Assembly (NCBI RefSeq): GCF_021054785.1
Contig: NZ_CP088239.1
Location: 90,001 to 122,000, forward strand
Length of the DNA: 32,000 bases
Source: Tannockella kyphosi
Lineage (GTDB): Bacteria; Bacillota_I; Bacilli_A; Erysipelotrichales; Coprobacillaceae
Reading direction: 5' to 3'
Under the pieces are notes generated by a model, which was not told where the DNA came from, made no database searches, and saw only the letters and a program-made list of their open reading frames with translations. Made by a program: the position numbers and the translations under genes. Within the stretch, counting starts at the first letter, position 1, and every line of letters begins with the position of its first letter. Of this stretch, positions 16,967-24,176 are shown in pieces.

Positions 16967-18253
16967 TTAATTCTCTTTATTAAAGCGAACACAGACATGA
17001 AAGAATTGTCCTTGTTGATGGTACTCAATTTTGCCATTATATTTTTTTACTATGCATTCAATTGAGGAGATACCATATCCATGGTACCCTTCTTTTTTTG
17101 ATGTTTTATTAATATTAATGGGCTTATTCATGATGACTGTATTCTTTATTTCTATACGATAATGACTATCATCTTCACTACATGCGATAAAGATTTTTTT
17201 AATACCTTCACTTTTACAATTATCAATGGCATTGTCTAGTAGATTACCAAATAATACATATAGATCGAGTTTATCAATAATATCTTTAGTTACATCATTT
17301 TGATAATGTAATTGAATATGACGTTCTTCTATTTTTGATAAATACATTGTAATAATGGAATCAATACTTGTATTGTTTGTCATTAATTTCGGAAGATGAT
17401 TAAAAGTATCCAATGATTTATCTAGCTCTCTTTTTAGTGCAGCTAGATTGTTCTTATCAAGGTACTCTTTTAGTAATAAAAGGTGATGTTTTTGATCATG
17501 TTTCATCCTTCTTGTTTCGTTAATGATATCATTATTTAATTGATAGTTTTGTTTTTGCAACTCTATTTCTTGAATAAGTAGCTTTGAATTTGTTAGTTCT
17601 TTCCATTGTAGTTGATAGCTTATGAACAAGCGATACAGCAAAAAGAAGAATAAAATCATACAAACTATCAAAGAATAAAAGTAAATAGCTGATAAGTTGT
17701 TCATGAAATATGCATCAAATAATATCAAAAAAGTAATACAACCAAAAAATATAACAATATTAAAAATATTTATTTTTTTATAATCTTGTTTTGCAAAAAA
17801 ATGCCCAAATAATTCTATTAATGCAAATAGAATTAGCTTAGATAGCAATAAAATAACTTCGTTGGAAATAGTCAAAAATCCAAATAAAGAAGTTACTATA
17901 AAAGCTAATCCGTTGGAAATAAGCAATAAAGAATTTAAAATAAAAGCATAACAAATTGCATTACCTAAAGCTATATCATTACGATATGAAAGAAAACATG
18001 TAATAAAGAAACTAAATATGGCAAAGTAAAAAAGTGAATTAAAACCATATAAGATAAATAAAGATGAGGTTTCTATAATTTCTTGAGGGTAAAAAAGTGG
18101 AAAGTAAGTAATGTTATAATTGCAACAACAAAGAAAAGAGAAAATAAATAGTGATATAACAATTGTTTTAATAGATATTTTTCTTTTAATTAGACAAATA
18201 AACCTAATAAGTAAAATAACCTCACACAGTATAATAATAGAATGTATTGTCAT
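16967..18253 (-). CDS. AgrC/ComD-like (HPK10-type) sensor histidine kinase (TCS1)
   Basis: Polytopic N-terminus. H-box 'RRMKHDQKHHL', N-box 'LFGNLLDNAIDN', G-box 'KKEGYHGYGISSIE'. SD AAGGAG lies before the ATG at 18253. Confidence 0.85.
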   Translation of the reverse strand: MTIHSIIILCEVILLIRFICLIKRKISIKTIVISLFIFSFLCCCNYNITYFPLFYPQEIIETSSLFILYGFNSLFYFAIFSFFITCFLSYRNDIALGNAICYAFILNSLLLISNGLAFIVTSLFGFLTISNEVILLLSKLILFALIELFGHFFAKQDYKKINIFNIVIFFGCITFLILFDAYFMNNLSAIYFYSLIVCMILFFFLLYRLFISYQLQWKELTNSKLLIQEIELQKQNYQLNNDIINETRRMKHDQKHHLLLLKEYLDKNNLAALKRELDKSLDTFNHLPKLMTNNTSIDSIITMYLSKIEERHIQLHYQNDVTKDIIDKLDLYVLFGNLLDNAIDNCKSEGIKKIFIACSEDDSHYRIEIKNTVIMNKPININKTSKKEGYHGYGISSIECIVKKYNGKIEYHQQGQFFHVCVRFNKEN

Positions 18254-18679
18254 TAGTTTATTCTCCTTTTTCTAGAATAAATAATTTTCATCTTTTTAAT
18301 AACAAAATGTATGTATACTTTTAGTTTACAATAAGCTATGGTTGTTGTCGATTACATTAGATAAAATAATTAAAATAATGGTTTGGTGTTATTCTGTTAG
18401 TTTTCAATTTTCAACATGACCACCTTAAATAATTTTTTTGAAAATATAATTAGTTTTTATATTGTAAAAATCATAAGTAGTTGTTAATAAATAAGCAATA
18501 ATAATTAATGATAAAAACAAAAACCATGTAGTTTTTAATTCTGCGATACAAAAACATGTTTTAACAAACTAGAAATAGATTAGGGAGTAATATATGATGT
18601 ATTTGAAAGGCTGGGGAGATAATGGATAACGAGAAGGAGTTGGAACATCGACTTTTTTCATTATTCAGAAAGGACAATT

Positions 18680-19725
18680 ATGGCAATAACGAGGCTTATT
18701 ACAATGCATCAAAACAAAGGAAAAACAGTAGCTAGAAGTATCAAAGATAGAATTGATTATGCTATTAATTCTCATAAAACAGAAGATGGGAAATATGTAA
18801 GTTGTTATGAGTGTGATCCTAAAACTGCAGCAGGAGAGTTCGTACTTTCTAAACGAATGTATGAAGATCTAACCGGTAGGAAACAAAAAAACAGTGTACT
18901 AGCATATCAAATACGACATGCATTTAAACCAGGAGAAGTATCACCAGAACAAGCGAATGAAATAGGGTATAAACTAGGTATGAGCTTTACAAAAGGAAAG
19001 TATGCTTTTGTAGTAGCAACACATGTTGATAAAGAACATATTCATAATCATATAATATTTAATTCTGTTTCATTAGATAATAAAAAGAAGTTTCGTAACT
19101 TCTTTGGTAGTGCCTTTGCATTAAGAAGACTATCCGATCAATTAAGTTTAGAATATGGTTTATCAATAATAGAATCACCAAAGTTTTCAAGAGGAAGTTA
19201 TGAAAACTGGGCTAAAGTATTTAATGTAAAACAAATGGCAAATACGATAAACTTCTTAAGAGAACATGATTGTTTCACTTATGAAGAACTAGCACAAAAA
19301 GCAACACAAGTAACAAATAAATTTTATGATATTAATGCATCCATTAAACAGTATGAAAAAAAGATAGAAGAGAATAAAACAATACAAAACCATATCTTCA
19401 ACTACTCTAAAACAAGAGATATTTTTATCGCATATCGTAAATCAGGATATTCTAAAAAATTCTATCAAGAACATGAAAAAGAAATCATACTACATAAATC
19501 AGCTAAAGATTATTTTAATTCTTTAGAAACAAAAACAATTCCTAGAATAAATAAACTACGTGAGGAGTATTCTACATTAGTTGCAGAGAAACAAGCAAAA
19601 TATAAGGAGTATAAAGAACTAAAAAAGTAATGAAAGAGATTCTTCTTGTTAAGGAGAATGTAGATAGAATACTAAATATGAATGAAGAAAAGAAAACAAA
19701 AGAAAAATCACAGGGCACGAGATAG
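18680..19725 (+). pseudogene. Relaxase/mobilisation nuclease (MobA/VirD2-type), frameshifted near the 3' end and apparently internally deleted
   Basis: 'IDYAINSHKT', 'ATHVDKEHIHNHIIFNS' (His triad). The ORF stops at 19628-19630 directly after an A6 run (19621-19626). The next frame continues as 'MKEILLVKENVDRILNMNEEKKTKEKSQGTR' to 19725, which looks like the usual C-terminus of this family. Confidence 0.75.
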
Positions 19726-19739
19726 TGTCTTGTGATTTA
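19707..19739 (+). terminator. Imperfect hairpin + T-run after the relaxase
   Basis: ATCACAGGGCAC / GTGTCTTGTGAT (two mismatches), followed by TTT. Confidence 0.4.
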
Positions 19740-19741
19740 TA

Positions 19742-19831
19742 ACCCTATAAGGGTGTAGCTCGATGATTTATCATCGTTCAAAAGGGATTGGGAATATTCC
19801 CAACAAGTGAAAATAGCATATGGGGCCCCAT
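19742..19831. repeat. Cluster of four short palindromes
   Basis: ACCCT-ATA-AGGGT (19742-19754), CGATGAT-TT-ATCATCG (19761-19776), TTGGGAATATTCCCAA (19788-19803, perfect 16-mer), ATGGGGCCCCAT (19820-19831, perfect 12-mer). Confidence 0.8.
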
Positions 19832-19877
19832 GTGCATTGCTTGCTAAAGATAATAATACAGAAATATGCAGGACAAC

Positions 19878-20173
19878 TTACTTGCGATTCATCGTGTTTT
19901 CAGATATCTCTGCTGCTATTATTGCGTATATCTTTTTCTTGTGTGGAATACTGAAATTTGATATGTTAATAATTTCTTCACCTTGTGGATAGAAATAATT
20001 TTCGGTAACATGATAAAATTCAATCAATGAAAAAAATCTAGGTAAAGTAGGACATGTAACATCGTTTTCATATTCTGACAAAGTAGAAATTCCAATAGAT
20101 AAAACATTTGCTGCATCTGTTAAACTATTATTTCTATTAGTGCGAAGTTTTTTAATTTTTCTCCAAACGTCAT
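19878..20173 (-). pseudogene. XRE-family HTH regulator, frameshifted in a homopolymer
   Basis: SD GAGGGTGA precedes the ATG at 20173, giving MTFGEKLK. That frame then stops. One extra A in the A6 run (plus-strand T6 at 20148-20153) would give 'MTFGEKLKKLRTNRNNSLTDAANVLSIGISTLSEYENDVTCPTL...', joining the track ORF at 19878-20081. Confidence 0.7.
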
Positions 20174-20193
20174 TTAAATCACCCTCTAAGATA

Positions 20194-20236
20194 AAACAAC
20201 ATCAGATTTCGGTACAGCCGAAAGTATATGTTGTTT
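20194..20236. other. Nested long hairpin upstream of the XRE pseudogene
   Basis: Outer arms AAACAACAT (20194-20202) / ATGTTGTTT (20228-20236). Inner arms TTTCGG (20207-20212) / CCGAAA (20218-20223). Confidence 0.6.
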
Positions 20237-20322
20237 GTGTTAGAAAAAAGTAAATCAGGCAAAAAAAGAGACAAATATCAATTTATTATATAGAATCAAA
20301 GAATGAGGGGAGGGATAATTAA

Positions 20323-20364
20323 ATGGATAAGAAATTTTATGCTGTTTTAAAAAAATTATTTTGA
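20323..20364 (+). CDS. Candidate 13-aa peptide MDKKFYAVLKKLF
   Basis: Strong SD GGGGAGGG lies 7 nt before the ATG, about 155 bp upstream of the TCS2 operon. It could equally be the stump of a truncated mobile-element gene. Confidence 0.2.
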   Translation: MDKKFYAVLKKLF

Positions 20365-20470
20365 ATAGTTCAATCAAAGGTGCTACGTTAGTGTCGCACA
20401 TAGGGTTGTATCAGCCAGAGGTACCCAAGCAATTGACGAATGAAAAAAATAAAAATAATAGAAATTAAAT

Positions 20471-20520
20471 TTACTTTATTTCTATTCTTTGATACGATTA
20501 AACTATGAGGGAGTGGTTTA
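20471..20520 (+). promoter_or_regulatory. Promoter/5'UTR of the TCS2 operon (intact copy of the 65-bp repeat)
   Basis: Possible TTTACT, 17 nt, TACGAT, then SD GAGGGAG. It is duplicated at 7281-7330. Confidence 0.5.
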
Positions 20521-21213
20521 ATGAATGTTATTATAATTGAGGATGATAAGGATTTTTCGAAAAAATTACATACTGATCTACAAGTTTTTTTTGGAGAAAA
20601 TAAGTGTGATACTGTTATATCTAATGTCTCTGAAAATTTTGATAATGCTATTTCAAATTTAGAGTTTGATATTGCTTTTTTAGATATAGATTTAATACTA
20701 TGCAACGGTATCGACTTGGCTCATAAGATTGCTAAAAAAAATACAAAATGCTTAGTTATTTTTGTGTCTTCTAGAAAAGACTTGGTCTTTCAGTCTTTAA
20801 CAGTGCAGCCTTTTTATTTTGTAAGAAAGCAGTCGTATCAAGATGATCTTAGAATGCTATTTGTATTATTAAGGAAACATCTAAATAGAAACATGATTCC
20901 AGCATTTACGTTACGTAAGACTAAAAAACAAATACCATTACATACCATTTGTTATGTAGAATCTAAATTGCACAACCTATTTATATATACAGAGAAAGAG
21001 GTTTTAACAGAAAGTTACACTTTACAAGATTTTATAAATTACTCGAATGAATTTGGATTTGTTCAAGTACATCGATCGTATATAGTTAATATGGCCATGG
21101 TGGATAGAATATCTGTGGGACAAGTTATGCTCTTTAATGGGATTTCAATTCCTGTAGGCAGAAAATATAAGGTTAATTTTTTAGAAGCATATGAAAGGTA
21201 TTTATTACTATGA
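20521..21213 (+). CDS. LytTR-family response regulator (TCS2)
   Basis: Receiver 'MNVIIIEDD...IAFLDIDL...VIFVSS...FVRK'. LytTR domain 'ICYVESKLHNLFIYT...FVQVHRSYIVNMAMV'. Confidence 0.9.
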   Translation: MNVIIIEDDKDFSKKLHTDLQVFFGENKCDTVISNVSENFDNAISNLEFDIAFLDIDLILCNGIDLAHKIAKKNTKCLVIFVSSRKDLVFQSLTVQPFYFVRKQSYQDDLRMLFVLLRKHLNRNMIPAFTLRKTKKQIPLHTICYVESKLHNLFIYTEKEVLTESYTLQDFINYSNEFGFVQVHRSYIVNMAMVDRISVGQVMLFNGISIPVGRKYKVNFLEAYERYLLL

Positions 21214-22427
21214 TGGAACTATTTGAGATATTTATTATATTTATAGAGAGCATTCTATTTTCTGTTTTTATTACAAAGTACTTTTGTATCGTGGAGATAA
21301 GAAAAAGTATTGCTGTATCAAGCTCTTTATTTTTAATAAGTAGTATAGTATGTAATCTTTTTAATACCAATGGGATTGTATTAGGAGCGATAACCCTGGC
21401 AATTGCTATAGGAACAATTGTTTACTTTCTAAAGAAAATTACTTTTCAAGTAATATATATTCCTGTTCTTTATTATGCACTGATTATTGTTACTTCACTT
21501 CTAGCATTAATTATAATTTCCATCGTAACAGGTATAAGCTCTAATCAAATAATTAACAATACACAGTATTATATCTATATTTGTCTTTTAGCGAAGTTTT
21601 TATTATGTACAATAACAGGATTTATTCTTTATTTAGAAGTGAAGATAAATTTTTCTTTAACCCTTGAAAAATGGGGAATATTACTAGTTAAGGAATTTAT
21701 TTTGATAGGATGTATAGCAATAATATCCACAGGTATTATCACTAATTCTATATCCCTCATTCATCTTGTAGTTATTCTTTTTATGTTGTGTTGTGTGTCT
21801 TTTTTGTCAATATTTTCAGTATATGATACAAACAAAATAAATGAGGAAAAATTAATGCATGAAAAAACATTACAAAGACTTGCGTACCAGCAGGAAAATG
21901 TGAAAATGATAAAGGATTTAAAAGTGGATATTGATGCTATCAATCATCGGATGTTTTATGTTTTAGAAAAAGTAAAACATGAACTTGAGGTTAAAAATTA
22001 TGATAAAGCTATAGGTATCCTCAATGATTATAAACAAGTTGTCATTAAACAAGATATTTTTGTATTGACTAATAATGAATCATTCGATGCATTGTTTAAT
22101 TTGAAAATTAAAGAAATGAAAATGCTAACTGATGTGAAGTGCTGTATTACCATATCCAAACGAGATTTATATGATGGAGTGCATTTTATCAACGGAGTGA
22201 TGTCACTGCTGAACTATGTTTCAAATAGTGAGAAAATTGATATTTATATAAGTGAAAAAGTTAATAGGGTGATAATAAAGTTATATTTTAGTGGGTTCGA
22301 TGAGATAGAAGAAGATGGTTCCTATGCATTTATTGAGAAAGCATTTGGTTTTTGCAAAAGTAGGATAGTGATAGATTTAAAAAGTGAAGTAAAATCTATT
22401 AATATTGTGTTATTAAATGAAGAGTAA
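21210..22427 (+). CDS. AgrC-like polytopic membrane protein with an apparently degenerate kinase core (TCS2 partner)
   Basis: ATGA overlap with the regulator gene. About 6 TMs. The H-box position reads 'DIDAINHRM' (21927-21950), the N-box position 'LLNYVSN', and the G-box position 'DGSYAFIEKAF'. Confidence 0.75.
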   Translation: MMELFEIFIIFIESILFSVFITKYFCIVEIRKSIAVSSSLFLISSIVCNLFNTNGIVLGAITLAIAIGTIVYFLKKITFQVIYIPVLYYALIIVTSLLALIIISIVTGISSNQIINNTQYYIYICLLAKFLLCTITGFILYLEVKINFSLTLEKWGILLVKEFILIGCIAIISTGIITNSISLIHLVVILFMLCCVSFLSIFSVYDTNKINEEKLMHEKTLQRLAYQQENVKMIKDLKVDIDAINHRMFYVLEKVKHELEVKNYDKAIGILNDYKQVVIKQDIFVLTNNESFDALFNLKIKEMKMLTDVKCCITISKRDLYDGVHFINGVMSLLNYVSNSEKIDIYISEKVNRVIIKLYFSGFDEIEEDGSYAFIEKAFGFCKSRIVIDLKSEVKSINIVLLNEE

Positions 22428-22449
22428 ATTAGTAAATAGATTTATTGAA

Positions 22450-22557
22450 ATGAGTATCATTGACGAGAGCGAAGGGCTTACTATGTCTTTCAATTTGGCA
22501 AATATAATAACTACTTTGTTCTTATCACTTATTTTATACCGTTATGAATCAATATAG
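22450..22557 (+). CDS. Candidate small hydrophobic peptide (35 aa, or 24 aa from the internal ATG at 22483)
   Basis: MSIIDESEGLTMSFNLANIITTLFLSLILYRYESI. The internal Met is preceded by GAAGGG plus 6 nt. It lies immediately downstream of the TCS2 kinase-like gene. Confidence 0.2.
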   Translation: MSIIDESEGLTMSFNLANIITTLFLSLILYRYESI

Positions 22558-22766
22558 ATGGATGTCATTGTAAAACAGCTTTATCATGTTTTTTTGACGT
22601 ATGTAATGGTTTTTGAAACACTACTCAATTAAATCATCTTACTTTTTAAAATATTAATTAAACCAAAAGGGGACCAATTGAAATAGAATCCAGTAATGAA
22701 GACGGTATACATTGAAATCATATTAAAGGATTAAGTGAAGTAGGATTGTTTCCATGGTTAAAGATT

Positions 22767-22780
22767 CCCCCCCAAAAAAA
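22767..22780 (+). repeat. C7A7 homopolymer tract
   Basis: CCCCCCCAAAAAAA in otherwise very AT-rich intergenic DNA. It lies inside a 34-codon ORF (22754-22858, MVKDSPPKKCNYRF...). Confidence 0.9.
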
Positions 22781-22961
22781 TGTAATTATAGATTCGTTGA
22801 AATCAAAAACAGTGTTCTGTACAAGAGTGATTGTATATCAAACTTTGAAGCACAATGAATTTAATTAGCAATTGTGAAATAAACTAAAGATTTATATCAT
22901 TTCTTAAAGTGAATGCAACAAAACTTTATTTGTTAAAATATTAGAATTGGTGTTTGTGCAA

Positions 22962-23028
22962 TTAAACAGTTGTTTAAGTAAAAAAAGCGAATATAAAAAG
23001 AATATATAGTACACTAAACTTAAACAAT
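22962..23028. promoter_or_regulatory. TTAAACA / TGTTTAA motif copies upstream of cassette 2
   Basis: Inverted pair TTAAACAG-TTGTTTAA (22962-22977), which resembles the AgrA-type ACAGTTAAG box. A further CTTAAACAAT lies at 23019-23028. The same TTGTTTAA core occurs in the 7393-7420 repeats. Confidence 0.3.
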
Positions 23029-23038
23029 ATAAAAATAA

Positions 23039-23079
23039 TTAGAACAAAGCATTTTACATAGTATAGTGCTTTGTTCTAA
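23039..23079 (+). promoter_or_regulatory. Perfect 13-bp-arm hairpin/palindrome just upstream of the cassette 2 SD
   Basis: TTAGAACAAAGCA (23039-23051), 15-nt loop, TGCTTTGTTCTAA (23067-23079). There is no T-run. The SD GGGAGG follows within 12 nt. Confidence 0.6.
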
Positions 23080-23101
23080 TTGTAAAGAAGGGAGGAATAA
23101 T

Positions 23102-24175
23102 ATGAAAGTTTTTCTGTGTAGTGTTTTGTTGCTGTTATTAAATGGCTGTAGTGTAGTGGAAGAGGATAATGTTGTAATGTCTCAAGAAGATTATTATATT
23201 GTTGGTTTTCATAACTATAATAATTATGGAATGTTTATGATTGGTGATGATTCACAAGGCTTATCTTATTATGACATAGAAAGTAATGCAGTTATTTCAA
23301 TACCTAATAAAACAATATATGATGATTCATTATTGTATCCAGGTGTTGCTAATGGGTTTACTTTGTATAATGATTATTTATATTATACGATTAGTAATGG
23401 AGGATCTATTTTTATTTACCAAATGGACAAAGATGGTACGAATGTAAAGCTATTATTGGAATATGAAAATAAAGAATATGATAGTACGGCAACGGGATTA
23501 ACGTTTATTTTTACTGATAATAAAATGTACTTTACATTGTATTTAGAAAATGCGGTGGCTGAAGGGACAGAGAAATATTATCAAATTTCTTGTTATGATT
23601 TAAATAAGGATGAGTTATTGTTAGGAACGATTGAACCAGCATGTGTAGATTTGGTTGGAGTAGAGGATGACAACATCTATTATATTTATAATGATACATT
23701 TCTTTATGAATGGAATATACAAAGTCAAGAATCAAATTTGATTTATGAGGGGACATATTTAAGAGAAGGGTATCATGGTTCTTTTGAATATACAGAGAAT
23801 AAATTATATTTTGTTGAAAACGAACAAACAGTATATCAATATGATTATCTAGAAAAAGAGTTAATTGAGCTATTTTCAAGTGAAACACCTATTGAAATCC
23901 GATATGTAGATGGAGATTATATATTTTATACGAATGTAACTTTACTTTCAACATTCACTGATGCTACGTTTTATGAGTATGGATACTACAATGTTGATAC
24001 TTTGGAAAACATAGCAGATTATCGTAGTGGTGGAGTGTTTTTTACACCTACTGGTGATAATGATGACTACTTCTTTGGTGCAATAGAAGGAACTGGAAAA
24101 CAAAGTATAATTTTAAAAGAAGATTATTATAATGGCAATTTTGATAAAGCAATACTTATAGAGGAGTATTATTAA
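23102..24175 (+). CDS. Lipoprotein with beta-propeller-like (DUF5050-like) repeats (cassette 2)
   Basis: 'MKVFLCSVLLLLLNGC' after SD GGGAGG, so the track start at 23066 is an extension. Repeats 'LYYTISNGG', 'MYFTLYLEN', 'IYYIYNDT', 'LYFVENEQ', 'YIFYTN'. Confidence 0.75.
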   Translation: MKVFLCSVLLLLLNGCSVVEEDNVVMSQEDYYIVGFHNYNNYGMFMIGDDSQGLSYYDIESNAVISIPNKTIYDDSLLYPGVANGFTLYNDYLYYTISNGGSIFIYQMDKDGTNVKLLLEYENKEYDSTATGLTFIFTDNKMYFTLYLENAVAEGTEKYYQISCYDLNKDELLLGTIEPACVDLVGVEDDNIYYIYNDTFLYEWNIQSQESNLIYEGTYLREGYHGSFEYTENKLYFVENEQTVYQYDYLEKELIELFSSETPIEIRYVDGDYIFYTNVTLLSTFTDATFYEYGYYNVDTLENIADYRSGGVFFTPTGDNDDYFFGAIEGTGKQSIILKEDYYNGNFDKAILIEEYY

Positions 24176-24176
24176 A

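Noticed and set aside
19751-19790. tRNA-like beginning GGGTGTAGCTCG
   Set aside because: It resembles a tRNA acceptor/D-arm start. However, no D-loop consensus, anticodon arm or T-arm (GTTCRA) follows, so a cloverleaf cannot be drawn.
19820-19831. ATGGGGCCCCAT as a terminator hairpin for the XRE gene
   Set aside because: It is a perfect palindrome with no loop nucleotides and no U-tract. It is more plausibly a DNA-level site.
19807-19992. 61-aa plus-strand ORF
   Set aside because: It is antisense to the C-terminal part of the XRE pseudogene. It uses a non-ATG start and has no SD.
20388-21943. Minus-strand ORFs 20388-20705, 21173-21370 and 21761-21943
   Set aside because: They are antisense to the TCS2 promoter, regulator and kinase-like genes. 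These are shadow ORFs.
22706-22744. 12-codon ORF MKTVYIEIILKD in the cassette 2 leader
   Set aside because: It is too short, has no SD and has no supporting context.
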